Source: a virus
Taxonomy: Duplodnaviria; Caudoviricetes
Virus record (IMG/VR): IMGVR_UViG_3300049259_000054
Coordinates: 1-54,922 of that record
Reading direction: 5' to 3' (one strand)
DNA length: 54,922 bases
The notes beneath the pieces were generated by a model, which was not told where the DNA came from, searched no databases, and worked only from the letters and a program-made list of their open reading frames with translations. Position numbers and translations under genes: made by a program. Shown here one piece after another: positions 1 to 9,185 of the stretch; within the stretch, counting starts at the first letter, position 1; the number at the start of each line of letters is the position of its first letter.

Positions 1-127
1 AGATCGCAGTACCCGGCGTCCGCTTCAACTTAGGAGCAGAAGCCTCCGGCCGTCCAGTGAACGACTTCCAAATCTTCGGATCGAACCGACACAGGACCAC
101 CACCCCGTACTGGCTGCGGGACGCCGT
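1..127. repeat. Terminal direct repeat, identical to 54796-54922 (circular-assembly overlap)
   Basis: Bases 1-127 (agatcgcagt...gggacgccgt) recur exactly at the window end. An ORF reads in frame across the junction, and 127 is a common assembler k-mer size. Confidence 0.95.
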
Positions 128-1288
128 CCCCCCAGTCGCCCCACCCCCACCCCCCGTCGCCGCAACACTCGCATGTTGAGCCACCGTCGTTACATTCATC
201 CGGAACGCCCGCCCAGCCAACAACACCTCAGACACCGTAGACAACGCCGGGCAACGTTTCGGATCGGAATCCTTCCTCGTGTCCGCCCACCAAGACTGCA
301 ACTTCTCCGTGAACAGGTTCGACTCCTCCACGATCAACACCACCCTGCCCCGCCGGCCACTGCCGCCCATTCGGGCGTCCAACTCCGACTGGACCGTCGA
401 CAGCGCTTGGGCGATCTCGTCGGCGCGGCGGTAGATCTCCACCCGCTCCACCCCATCCAGACAATTCACCGACTCGTGTTTCACATCCAACACCACGATC
501 CGATCGACCAGACCCTCCCCCGTCTTCCGGAGTAGCTGGCAGATCAGCGACATCAACGCCGTAGATTTACCCGCCCCCGTGCCCATACTCAGTAGTAGAT
601 GCGGCGCCTCGTAATCCATGTCGTAAGTCCGTGGCCTGGAATACCCATCCAACCCAAGCAAGATCTGCGACGGACCTAAATCCGACAGCATCGGCAGGAT
701 CTGCGCCCACGGGACCACCTTCGGCGGGTGCGGCCGCGCCTTGAAAGTAACGCGCGGCGGCCGAGCGGCCAGACGCCAATCCGTGTCGTAATCCCGCCCC
801 GTATGCTCCTCCACCACATTCAACACCCGACGCCGCTGCAGGTTAGTCGGGTTGCAATCCTTCGGCAGCTGCAACGACAGCGAATCCCACGACCGCGGTA
901 CCCTGAATTGACGACGGCTGGCGGACGGCGGTAATCCCTTCAACTCATGCGCAAGCTTCGCATACAACGGCGCCACCTCGAACCGGGAATGCCGGAACGT
1001 GTACGCCCCATACCCTAACGCCCCCAACCCACCGACCACGAACACCAACAACACAACCAGAACCACACCGACCGTCCGATGCGGATCTGCGTGATAACTG
1101 AAACCCAGACCGGCAACCATCGACACGAACAGCACCCGATACGCCAACCGGCGCAGCCCAGAATGCCGGTAATACCGGCGCGCCGCCTGATCATCCCGAC
1201 GCAGGAACGTAGAAGCCGACGGGTGTTTACCCACCAGACGGCGACCCGACAACCACCTGCCTACCAACGTGCCAATCGGCGAACTCAC
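1..1288 (-). CDS. 5' part of a pIJ101-type Tra (FtsK/SpoIIIE-like) DNA translocase, about 535 aa in total; continues at 54922-54476
   Basis: Hand translation from GTG at 1288 (GGAGGT RBS, GTGA overlap with the upstream stop) is open through the junction. It shows N-terminal RWLSGRRLVG, two hydrophobic segments, Walker A in APHLLLSMGTGAGKST, RIVVLDVK, Walker B VVLIVEE, WW-x5-SDPKRCPAL and AGRAFRMNVTTVAQ (arginine finger/Gln motif). Confidence 0.85.
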   Translation of the reverse strand, partial: MSSPIGTLVGRWLSGRRLVGKHPSASTFLRRDDQAARRYYRHSGLRRLAYRVLFVSMVAGLGFSYHADPHRTVGVVLVVLLVFVVGGLGALGYGAYTFRHSRFEVAPLYAKLAHELKGLPPSASRRQFRVPRSWDSLSLQLPKDCNPTNLQRRRVLNVVEEHTGRDYDTDWRLAARPPRVTFKARPHPPKVVPWAQILPMLSDLGPSQILLGLDGYSRPRTYDMDYEAPHLLLSMGTGAGKSTALMSLICQLLRKTGEGLVDRIVVLDVKHESVNCLDGVERVEIYRRADEIAQALSTVQSELDARMGGSGRRGRVVLIVEESNLFTEKLQSWWADTRKDSDPKRCPALSTVSEVLLAGRAFRMNVTTVAQHASVAATGGGGGATGGTASRSQYGVVVLCRFDPKIWKSFTGRPEASAPKLKRTPGTAI

Positions 1289-1521
1289 GGTAACCGCACC
1301 TCCGCCCGGACCAACCGCCCCACCGGCGGCACACCCTCGACCATTACGCCCTCATCGAAAAACTCAACCCGGATGGTCACATCGACCGGACGCCAAGGAC
1401 CGCTCTTCACCGCCACCGCCACAGCCAACATCACCGCCCGCCCGATATAGAACGGATACGCCTCCGGCTGGTCCACCAAATGGACAGGGATCGCAGCCAC
1501 ACCCGCAAACACCGTACTCAC
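1285..1521 (-). CDS. Hypothetical protein, translationally coupled to tra
   Basis: GTGA overlaps at both ends; start moved to V26 of the 1285..1596 ORF. Confidence 0.55.
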   Translation of the reverse strand: MSTVFAGVAAIPVHLVDQPEAYPFYIGRAVMLAVAVAVKSGPWRPVDVTIRVEFFDEGVMVEGVPPVGRLVRAEVRLP

Positions 1522-1625
1522 CGCGGCCACCGCGGACGATCGAAAGGCGCCAACCGCGACAACACCCACCACACCCCAGGTGTAGCAACCAGACAAACCA
1601 CCACAATCACAACAACCACCCCCAC
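1518..1625 (-). CDS. Small single-TM peptide (35 aa)
   Basis: Hand translation VGVVVVIVVVCLVATPGVWWVLSRLAPFDRPRWPR*; its stop overlaps the next GTG. Confidence 0.45.
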   Translation of the reverse strand: MGVVVVIVVVCLVATPGVWWVLSRLAPFDRPRWPR

Positions 1626-1676
1626 GCGTGAAAGAGAGAAACGAGGGAACGTTCGTTTGTTTGATCTATACAAATG

Positions 1677-2408
1677 CTAGGCTGCATTCTGCATCTCCTG
1701 TCTGACCCACCGCCACAGGGCGTCCCGGCGCGCACCGGAGCAACCGAGCGAGTAGGGTGGTTGTTGCAGTTCGTACCGGAGTAGGTCGCGGTTTAGCTTC
1801 TTACCCGCCATGTTATACCTACGCAGTATAGCCAGGGCGGGTTCTTTCAGGTCGGCGATCCGTTCGTCATCGGTCTTGCGGAACGGGGAGGGCCGCCCGG
1901 TCCGGGCCGGTGGTTTCGCTGCCTTAGCGGCGGGTTTAGCCGGCGAAGTTTTCACGACTGCGGGTTTCGCGGTTGCCGGCGCGTGTACCAACTGGTTCGC
2001 AACGGCTCGAGCGGGGATCATCGCGGTCCCGCAGACCACCATCAAACCATCGATCGCCAAGGGTCCGATGTGGGCGTAGAAGGAGTTCTCCCCGTAACGC
2101 ATGAGCAGCGATGACAGGTGCCCGTAGGAGATGGTCGCGGCGACCAGTGCGACGGTGCCGGTTCCGCAATATCTGGCTAAGGCTCGAGCTCTGCCGGGCG
2201 CCCATCGTTCGCGGGTGATCACTTCGATCCCGATCAGCAGGGCGACCGGCCAGAACGAGGCGAACAATCTGGATCCGGTGCCGGGTTGGGCGTCGGCGAC
2301 GTTCGCACTGATCGAAACCATGGCGCCGACCAAGAAACCTGCGGTGGCGATCAGATGTGGCCGGGTTCTAGTACTCCGGCTGTTCGTTGTGAGCGGCGTG
2401 TGAGCCAT
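1677..2408 (-). CDS. DUF2637/SpdA-like membrane protein (plasmid spread protein-like) with basic C-terminal domain
   Basis: Four hydrophobic segments with SISANV, WPVALL, AATISYGHL and GPLAIDGLM motifs. Leaderless ATG 6 nt after a TACAAT -10 box. Confidence 0.75.
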   Translation of the reverse strand: MAHTPLTTNSRSTRTRPHLIATAGFLVGAMVSISANVADAQPGTGSRLFASFWPVALLIGIEVITRERWAPGRARALARYCGTGTVALVAATISYGHLSSLLMRYGENSFYAHIGPLAIDGLMVVCGTAMIPARAVANQLVHAPATAKPAVVKTSPAKPAAKAAKPPARTGRPSPFRKTDDERIADLKEPALAILRRYNMAGKKLNRDLLRYELQQPPYSLGCSGARRDALWRWVRQEMQNAA

Positions 2409-2757
2409 CCGCCGATTGTAACATTCGATTTTGCCGGTGCGCAAGCAAGCGGTGGCGGTTATACAACAAGATAGTCGCTCCGTCCGCTGTCGCGTTGGTG
2501 ACCAGCTCATCTGACACCCAGGTTGAGAAGTACCGATCACCGCCGCGGGCGGAGATCGCAACACCCGCGGTGAAATCGATCCCGCTGATCAACGACCGGT
2601 GATTCACCCTCTCGTACCCGCAGCTGCATTCTTCACACCACCACTTCAACCCGCCGCTCAGTTCGAGCGGCCCGTGGTCCGGGATCGGGCAGTAACCTTC
2701 ACTGAGCCGGGCGAGACACGCCTCGCCGGACGGATCAGTGGCTGGGTTTGTCTTCAT
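2368..2757 (-). CDS. Hypothetical protein with CPxxxH...CxxC motif
   Basis: ORF in a coupled minus-strand run of genes. Confidence 0.5.
   Translation of the reverse strand: MKTNPATDPSGEACLARLSEGYCPIPDHGPLELSGGLKWWCEECSCGYERVNHRSLISGIDFTAGVAISARGGDRYFSTWVSDELVTNATADGATILLYNRHRLLAHRQNRMLQSADGSHAAHNEQPEY
2430..2445 (-). promoter_or_regulatory. Palindromic operator over the -35 of a promoter (TTGCGC-18-TACAAT) for the spdA-like/tra unit
   Basis: tttgc cggtgc gcaag. Confidence 0.75.
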
Positions 2758-3040
2758 AGTGGATCCGGTCCGCCGGGTAGGACTGCGAATGTTGGTCGTA
2801 GGCGCCGAGCTTGTATTGAACCCGTGCGTTGGTCCCGTCGAACGAGACGATCAGTTTACCGCGGTGGTAGATGGCGGTGGCGTGTGCGGCGTGGGATGCG
2901 GACAGCAGCTCTCCGACGAGGTTCTTGCTGAAGGTGGTGTGTTCGTCGGCGCGTTTGATGAACAGGTCGGGCTGTTCGCTCTTGGAGTTGCCGCCGAGTT
3001 GGAGTTCGCAGGTGCCGTCCCAATAGGCTTGGTCGATCAT
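2735..3040 (-). CDS. Hypothetical protein
   Basis: ATGA overlap with the upstream stop. Confidence 0.6.
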   Translation of the reverse strand: MIDQAYWDGTCELQLGGNSKSEQPDLFIKRADEHTTFSKNLVGELLSASHAAHATAIYHRGKLIVSFDGTNARVQYKLGAYDQHSQSYPADRIHYEDKPSH

Positions 3041-3246
3041 TCGGCAGTTTTCTGGAGGGATTCGGCGATGAAGACCAGGGCGTGAGCCATCACGGTCCAA
3101 GCCTCAGCGTCGGTCAACAGGTCGGGGTAATCCTCCGGCACGCCGAGTTCAGTTGCGGCCCCGGCGGCTTCCAGGATCGCCTTGGCAGCTCGCAGCGGAT
3201 CTGGGCGGGATTCCGAGCCCATCAAACGGACTTCACGTGTGGCCAT
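3037..3246 (-). CDS. Hypothetical protein
   Basis: GGAGG RBS before the ATG at 3246. Confidence 0.6.
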   Translation of the reverse strand: MATREVRLMGSESRPDPLRAAKAILEAAGAATELGVPEDYPDLLTDAEAWTVMAHALVFIAESLQKTAE

Positions 3247-3478
3247 TCTGGCCTCCATATCGGATCGCATAGAACTGGGCGCACCATTGGCAGTACCGGT
3301 CGTGGGCGAGCCGTCTCTTATAGCGGTTCAACAGCCAATCCGAGACCCAGAACTGGCGTCGCCGGCCGACACACCAGCGCAGCCCGAGGATGTGCCGACT
3401 GTCTCGGATCCGGCTGAACCCGACCGACAAGTGGTTGCAGCCGGCGTGCGGACCGCGGGTTACATCAGCTACCTTCAC
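3233..3478 (-). CDS. Hypothetical protein (CxxC); start uncertain
   Basis: Fills the gap between its neighbours in the same orientation. Confidence 0.35.
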   Translation of the reverse strand: MKVADVTRGPHAGCNHLSVGFSRIRDSRHILGLRWCVGRRRQFWVSDWLLNRYKRRLAHDRYCQWCAQFYAIRYGGQNGHT

Positions 3479-3629
3479 TGGTTTTGGCTTCTTCCTCCAG
3501 CAGCTTCTCCCGTTCTTCACGGGCGATCCGTTCCGCGTCGGCGTCGGCCATCCGCTGTCCGAGCGCCCGCAGCTCCTCTTCCGACGGCTGCGGCAGTTCC
3601 GGCGGGTTGATCTCATCCAGGGTCGACAT
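3465..3629 (-). CDS. Small acidic coiled-coil protein
   Basis: GAGGAG RBS; begins MSTLDEINPP. Confidence 0.55.
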   Translation of the reverse strand: MSTLDEINPPELPQPSEEELRALGQRMADADAERIAREEREKLLEEEAKTSEGS

Positions 3630-3698
3630 GGTTCTCCTCGGTCGGTAGTCGATCTTACGTTCGGTTTCGTGCGGGTGCCATCCGCAGGTACACATCCC

Positions 3699-4847
3699 TC
3701 ATCCTAACACCTTCTCTTGCTTACGTGCAAGTACCGATGCCCAGGCGTCCCACCACCGCCACGCCTGCCGCCCGTAGGTGTATTTGCTCATCAGCTCTCG
3801 GTTGGTCCCGCTGATGTGTTCCCGCAGGGTCTTGGATTTCCGCAGCCCGGACAGGTGCCGGTGCCAACGTTGCGGGGTGTTGGCGACCCGCAATTTCATG
3901 TCCAGGGATGCTGCCATCCGTAGGTTATCCGGTGTGGGTGAGGCGACGGTGGGGACGCCGAGCGCCATCAACTCGCACACCTTAAGCGCCGATTTCGCCC
4001 GGTTGAAGTGGGAGTCGGCGAGTGGGACGATCCCTATCCCGACCTTAGCGACGTTTTCGGCGTAGTGGTCGAACGGTACCCATCCGGTGGCGTCGATCCG
4101 GTCGCATTCGTATTTGATACTGTGCCAGATGCCGTTCTCGTCTCTGCGGCCGGGTGGTTTCAGGTCGAGTTTCCGGTGCGCCCGGTCGGCTGCACACAGC
4201 CCGAGACCTTCACACACTTTCACGCCGGTGCCGATCACGCGGATAGGCCCGCCGTACCGTCCGACGACCCCGCCGGTGACCTGAAGATCATTAGGGTGTG
4301 TGCCGACCTCCCCAGGCCATCCGATTTGATCCGAGTCAACGTGCGGTATCGAAAGATACCACGCCGGTACGCAGTTGGGTAGGACTGCGGTGTGCCGGTT
4401 GCCCAGCCTGCTCGCCAACGCTGGAGTTGTCACCGTCACCAGGTCCGCCATCTGACATGCTTGCATCGTGTACCGGTAATGCGACAGTGAGTTCGGTTGG
4501 TTGAACTGGGTATACGCTGCATTGCCCGGTTCGATCGCCATCAGGTCGTCATCCATATCGACCACAACCCGGATGCCGTAGGCTTGCAGCCGTTTGATGA
4601 TCTCGATCCAGTATTGCCCTTGTGGGCGTTGCAACACGATCACGTCGGCTTCCGGCTTGTCCATGTCTACGACTTGGGCGCCGGTGTCCAGTGGCGATCG
4701 GTCCCATTTGCGGTCCCACAGGATGGTTGGACCGGTGTAGTCCAGGATGGCGTCGTCGTTGCCGGCGTTATTGAGTGCTTGGACCGGCCAGATGGTCCGG
4801 TACGATCCGGATGCCACGGTGTCGCAGGGCCAGACTCGGACGATCAT
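3699..4847 (-). CDS. Glycosyltransferase (GT-B/GT4-like)
   Basis: YR-x-x-WP, DVIVLQRP, VVVDMDDD, ADLVTVTTPAL, LPNCV, IGIVPLADSHFNRAKSALKVCELMALGVPTVAS. Confidence 0.85.
   Translation of the reverse strand: MIVRVWPCDTVASGSYRTIWPVQALNNAGNDDAILDYTGPTILWDRKWDRSPLDTGAQVVDMDKPEADVIVLQRPQGQYWIEIIKRLQAYGIRVVVDMDDDLMAIEPGNAAYTQFNQPNSLSHYRYTMQACQMADLVTVTTPALASRLGNRHTAVLPNCVPAWYLSIPHVDSDQIGWPGEVGTHPNDLQVTGGVVGRYGGPIRVIGTGVKVCEGLGLCAADRAHRKLDLKPPGRRDENGIWHSIKYECDRIDATGWVPFDHYAENVAKVGIGIVPLADSHFNRAKSALKVCELMALGVPTVASPTPDNLRMAASLDMKLRVANTPQRWHRHLSGLRKSKTLREHISGTNRELMSKYTYGRQAWRWWDAWASVLARKQEKVLG
3716..3731. promoter_or_regulatory. Palindromic operator copy at the 3' end of the GT gene
   Basis: cttgc ttacgt gcaag. 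Confidence 0.6.
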
Positions 4848-4923
4848 CCGTCAACTCCGATTGACCCCACAAAGTTGCGAACCGTTTGGTTCATCTCATG
4901 CCTTTCGTCGTCACTCGTTGTTA

Positions 4924-5033
4924 TGTATCCTATTGTATCCTATTGTATCCTACATTTCCGGGTCAGTTTCCATGAAGAAAAAACAAAGCTACGAGGTATG
5001 GAAGAATAGATACACCGGATACAATAGGATACA
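4924..5033. repeat. Putative replication origin: 3 tandem TGTATCCTA(T/C) iterons, AT-rich spacer, 3 inverted copies
   Basis: tgtatcctat tgtatcctat tgtatcctac at 4924-4953; atagataca ccggataca ataggataca at 5006-5033; directly after the primase-helicase stop. Confidence 0.7.
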
Positions 5034-5038
5034 CGACA

Positions 5039-7369
5039 TTACTCTCCGTAGTCGAGCTTGCCCTGCTCGTTCACTATCGGTGATATGCCCTTCAACCCGA
5101 ATTTCGGCCGTGAATTCGAAAACCTCATCTTGGTCTTCGGCTTCTCCACAGCGTATCCTAGGTCTGCACTCCAGACCTTGATGGCTTCTGTCAACTTGGG
5201 CACGGAGAGTGAGTGTCGACCGTGTCCGGTGCACCAATCTTGGTGCACCTGCATCATCGCCTCATTTGACATCTTGCCGTCTGCGGTGAGTGTGAAACAG
5301 GAATCCAGAGACTCCGTCACCCAATCCTCGTCATGTTGGTACTGTTGCCCTTCTGCCCGGATCGAGGCCGGTACCTGCAACCCCTTTCCGGACCATTCCT
5401 GCGCACCCGCGACAGCCCACCGTAAGATGCCCGGCCCCTCTTCCCCCACTAGCTTTTGTGCCAGGTTGTTGATCCGGTGTGCCTCGTCCGGCTTCTCCGC
5501 TTGGAACGGCACCAGGATCAACCTCCTGAACAGTGCCGGGTCTCCCGCCTTCACCCGCGGCTTGTGGTTCCCCGACACCCACAGCTTGAACTGCGGGTAG
5601 AAGTCGAACGGGTTCTGACGCATCATGTTCGCCTGGACCTTCTCCCCCGATACGTAGCCCTTGATCCGGCTGACCGCGAACGACCCGCCTTCCTCGGTCT
5701 CGGTGTGGGTGGCCATCCGTTTCCCCCTAAGTACCGCTAGGATCGACTGATGCGAGGAGGATCCGGTCTTATTCTCCAGCAGCAGCTCCCGGTTCATCAC
5801 CGAATGTCCGGGGCCTAAGATCCGCCCCAGGACGTCCACGAAGGTGGATTTGCCGGTGCCGGGGCGGCCGTACAGGAAGAAGAACACCTGCTCCCCGGTG
5901 TCACCGGTGAGTGTGTACCCGGCGGCGCGTTGCAAGAACTCCTTCACCTCCAGGTCGCCTCGGGCGGCCCAATCCAGGAACCGTTCCCATTGCGGTGCTA
6001 CAGCGTCCGGATCCCAATCGATCCCAGTCCGCCAGGTGATCAGATCGCTGCGATCGTGCGGTTTCAAAACACCGGTCGCAAGGTCGAGGGTGCCGTTGCC
6101 GACGCTGATCCTGTGCGGGTCCGAATCCAGCTTTTCAGTTTCGGCTACTACCCGCGGGTCGGTCCGCGCCAGGGTGATCATCGCGGTGATGGCCCTGGCG
6201 CTTTGGGTTTTGATCCCGTGCATCGCGACCTTCTTGATCTGGTCGTCGTCCTTCACGTCTTGAGCTTCTTCCCAAATCCCCCGGGCGGTGTCCTTCGCCA
6301 GCTCTTGGATCCGGCCGGTGGCGTCTTCCCGCCAGATCGCACCATCCCAGACCAACGGCCCGACCCCCGGGACGAACCGGATGTCTTCCCCGTGTTTCGC
6401 GACCAGCCGTAGGGCGTTGCCGTCGTCGGTCAACCGGTAGATGATCTTACCGGAGTGGGTTTGGAACTCTTCAGATTTGCCGGGCTCGAACTGGGCGTAG
6501 GCGCGGATCAGCTTCTCTTCGCACACCTCCCATTCGAAGGTGTTCCCGTCTGGCTGCTCGAGCGCCCCCCAGACCGCTTTCACCTTCTGGGTGGCTTGCG
6601 GCAGCGGGATGTTCTTACTGCGCAACCCGCAACAGTACGCCCAAACCAGCTCGTCGCGGCCCCCCGCTTCGATCTGCCCGCCGACCGATAGCAGCCGGTC
6701 GACATCCGCGACCACCGATTTGAAATAGGCGCCGGATTCCCGGTCGGTCGGTCCCGCCGGTGTCTGCAGTTTCTGTAAGATCCAGCCGGGCAGCGGCGCG
6801 ATGCCTTCGGGGCCGCCGGATTTCGTGACGTATTCGACGCCGGATTCGTGTCCGCTGGGCGGGAGGATGACGTACCCGCCGTTGGCGCGGGTGTCGATCC
6901 CGTTTCCGAGTGAGATCCTTTTGCTCTTCCCGGAGGTGTTGCGCATGTCGGTGTCTTTCGGCGCCCGGTACCACAGGTGCTGCCCGCGGGTGCCTTCATG
7001 CTCCCCGGTGAGTACGGTCCAGGTCTCGACCCGGCCGTAGTCCCGTTCCAGGGCCTTCCAGGTGAGTTCACCGCCGTGGTCAGGGTCCACATCGACCACG
7101 ACCATGCCGGCGGTGGATGCGCCGATGTTCGCGTCTGGCCACATCTTGTACCAGATCTGGATTTGGGCTTCGTCGCGGGTGGCGTCCTTAAACCCGTTCT
7201 TGGTGCGCGGGTGTTTCCCGATGTTGATGCAGTCCGCCCGGGCGCAGCTGCATTTGACCCCGTCCCGCCCAAACATCGGGGTGTGCAGCGGGAAGATGTC
7301 GACACCTGCTTGGGCGTATGCCAGCGCGGCGGTCAGCTTACGTTGCGGGTCTATTGGTTCCAATCTCAT
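5039..7369 (-). CDS. Bifunctional primase-polymerase fused to P4/D5-like SF3 helicase
   Basis: N-terminal IFPLH, CSC-x3-C-x3-GKHP, ANIG, VVDVD, HLWY, GIDTRANGGYVILPPS; D5_N-like TDDGNA; Walker A GRPGTGKST; NHKP and RRLILVPF. Confidence 0.92.
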   Translation of the reverse strand: MRLEPIDPQRKLTAALAYAQAGVDIFPLHTPMFGRDGVKCSCARADCINIGKHPRTKNGFKDATRDEAQIQIWYKMWPDANIGASTAGMVVVDVDPDHGGELTWKALERDYGRVETWTVLTGEHEGTRGQHLWYRAPKDTDMRNTSGKSKRISLGNGIDTRANGGYVILPPSGHESGVEYVTKSGGPEGIAPLPGWILQKLQTPAGPTDRESGAYFKSVVADVDRLLSVGGQIEAGGRDELVWAYCCGLRSKNIPLPQATQKVKAVWGALEQPDGNTFEWEVCEEKLIRAYAQFEPGKSEEFQTHSGKIIYRLTDDGNALRLVAKHGEDIRFVPGVGPLVWDGAIWREDATGRIQELAKDTARGIWEEAQDVKDDDQIKKVAMHGIKTQSARAITAMITLARTDPRVVAETEKLDSDPHRISVGNGTLDLATGVLKPHDRSDLITWRTGIDWDPDAVAPQWERFLDWAARGDLEVKEFLQRAAGYTLTGDTGEQVFFFLYGRPGTGKSTFVDVLGRILGPGHSVMNRELLLENKTGSSSHQSILAVLRGKRMATHTETEEGGSFAVSRIKGYVSGEKVQANMMRQNPFDFYPQFKLWVSGNHKPRVKAGDPALFRRLILVPFQAEKPDEAHRINNLAQKLVGEEGPGILRWAVAGAQEWSGKGLQVPASIRAEGQQYQHDEDWVTESLDSCFTLTADGKMSNEAMMQVHQDWCTGHGRHSLSVPKLTEAIKVWSADLGYAVEKPKTKMRFSNSRPKFGLKGISPIVNEQGKLDYGE

Positions 7370-7394
7370 TCGCGGGCCATCCTGTCCTACTCGT

Positions 7395-7410
7395 CCTGCT
7401 TTGTGTCAAG
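7395..7410 (-). promoter_or_regulatory. Degenerate operator overlapping a TTGACA box upstream of the primase gene
   Basis: Minus strand reads cttga cacaaa gcagg. Confidence 0.5.
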
Positions 7411-7500
7411 CTGTCCGGTTTGCGCCGGACAACGCCGCGCGGTATACTGAGTATGTCGCTTTCGCAAGAGCCGGTCGCGGGCCAGTAGCTAAGACGACAC

Positions 7501-7542
7501 AAGCCGGGAGCGGGGTCCTATTGCGACCACCGCTCCCGGCTT
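7501..7542. terminator. Stem-loop after the SSB-like gene
   Basis: aagccgggagcgg...ccgctcccggctt inverted repeat. Confidence 0.65.
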
Positions 7543-7569
7543 CATACTCCCCCCTCCCTACGCTAAGGG

Positions 7570-8004
7570 TTAGAATTCGTCGGAGGTGTCTCCGGCGTCT
7601 TCACCCTCATCCAGCGGGGCGAGCTTCTCCACCCGGTTCACCTGCTGGCCTTTCTTCTTCCCGTATTCCGCCTCTTCCTGGATAACGAACAGGGCGCAGG
7701 ATTCACCGATCATCTCTTCGGTGTCGGAGTCGGTGGTGAACCCGAGCGCGTCGAACGCCTCCCGGACTTTCCAGGCCGCTGCCGGCGACAGCGACGTGTT
7801 GGCCCACTGCTTGCGGCCCTTCGCCGATTCCGGGCTGGTGAGGTCGAACTCCCAGGACCAGGAGGCGAACTTGTCGGCCGAGACCGCCGGTCGGGTGGTA
7901 ACTGAGACCAGCTGGCCGATGTACCGGCCGGGTTCCAGCAGGGCGAATCCGCTGGAGTCGACGTTGTCTACGGCCTTGCGCTGGTCAGGATCGAGTTTCG
8001 GCAT
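7570..8004 (-). CDS. DUF669-like single-stranded DNA-binding protein
   Basis: FALLEPGRY motif, beta-rich core, acidic C-terminus ending DTSDEF; follows the AAA ATPase. Confidence 0.75.
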   Translation of the reverse strand: MPKLDPDQRKAVDNVDSSGFALLEPGRYIGQLVSVTTRPAVSADKFASWSWEFDLTSPESAKGRKQWANTSLSPAAAWKVREAFDALGFTTDSDTEEMIGESCALFVIQEEAEYGKKKGQQVNRVEKLAPLDEGEDAGDTSDEF

Positions 8005-9145
8005 TTCCTGTCTCCTTCGCTGCTGCGCGCGGTTTGCGCGTGCGTGTGGTTGCCTTCGCGGGCTGTTCGTCGGTCGCGGCTGCGGCCTGTTCGTTGTGCA
8101 GGCGGTGCAGTTCCAAGCTTGCCTGTGCCTCCTTATCGTCGGCTTCGATCAGGTCGCCGGTGACGTATGCGGCGACCCGTTCGAAGGATGGATTGATCAG
8201 GACTCGGGGGGTCGCTCCGTACCGATCCTTGGCGCGGTACCGACCTTGCGGTCGGGTGAGGGCGCGGTATTCGCTGACCTCGCCCAGTTCTTCGGCTTTA
8301 ACGTACAAGACCAGGTCCATATATCCTAACACGTCGTTCTGCAACGCGGGGGTAAGCGCGGGGCCGTACAGGACCTTGCTGGTGTCGTCGTCGATGTCGC
8401 GGCGTTCCAGGCAGGTGGCGGCGAAGTGGCAGGGTAGGTCGCGGAATCTGCGGATCAGGGTGCGGACCTGCCCGGACATTACGCCGTAGTCGGCGCGGTC
8501 CACGAAAAACCGGTCCCTACTCTGGCCTTTCTTGGTGGCTTTCTCCACCGCACCTTTGACGATATCTTCCAACAGCAGTTGGACGATCTCGGTGAGGGAG
8601 TCGAAGAATACACCAGCCCAGGCGGCTGGATCTTCTTCAAGTTCGGCGTGCATCTGCCAGTACAGTGCTTCCAGGCCGTCGAAGGTGATCCGGGTGCCGG
8701 GGCGGGGCCAGACCTTGATGTTCTCGACTTTGATCCCGAGTTCGCGCAGCGGCCGGGTTTTGATACCGGCTTCGGCGTTGACGGCGAGTACTTGCCCTTG
8801 GTTGGCCATGGCGGCGACGGCGGTGGTCTTGCCGGAGCCTTCGCGGCCGTACCACAGCGCGTTGATGTGGGTGGTGGTATCGACCAGCTCAATGAAACCG
8901 ATATTGGACCGGTTGGCGGTCTCGGTCGCATCTGCGGCATCGGTGACTGCCTGTTCGGACGCGTACGCCTCGGTCGGGTAGGGCGTGTCGGGCGCGCCGA
9001 CCCAAGGGTTTTGTTCTAAATCGGCACCGGGCGCACCTTGGGTTGTCTCCGGCATTGGTAAGTCACTCTCGGCGACTTTCTGCGCGGCTTCTTGGACTGT
9101 GTGTTGCGGGGGTGGTGCTTCGGTCGCTGCTGCTTTCTTCGGCAT
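7985..9145 (-). CDS. AAA_24/Sak4-like ATPase (recombination)
   Basis: WYGREGSGKTT Walker A, VFFDSLTE Walker B, YRAKDR. Confidence 0.85.
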   Translation of the reverse strand: MPKKAAATEAPPPQHTVQEAAQKVAESDLPMPETTQGAPGADLEQNPWVGAPDTPYPTEAYASEQAVTDAADATETANRSNIGFIELVDTTTHINALWYGREGSGKTTAVAAMANQGQVLAVNAEAGIKTRPLRELGIKVENIKVWPRPGTRITFDGLEALYWQMHAELEEDPAAWAGVFFDSLTEIVQLLLEDIVKGAVEKATKKGQSRDRFFVDRADYGVMSGQVRTLIRRFRDLPCHFAATCLERRDIDDDTSKVLYGPALTPALQNDVLGYMDLVLYVKAEELGEVSEYRALTRPQGRYRAKDRYGATPRVLINPSFERVAAYVTGDLIEADDKEAQASLELHRLHNEQAAAATDEQPAKATTRTRKPRAAAKETGNAETRS

Positions 9146-9185
9146 TGTGCCGCCTCATCTCCTGTGGTCACGGACCTTTATCCTA

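Noticed and set aside
121-165. G/C-run tract as a G-quadruplex or repeat element
   Set aside because: Explained by the Gly-rich linker (ATGGGGGATGG) within the Tra coding frame.
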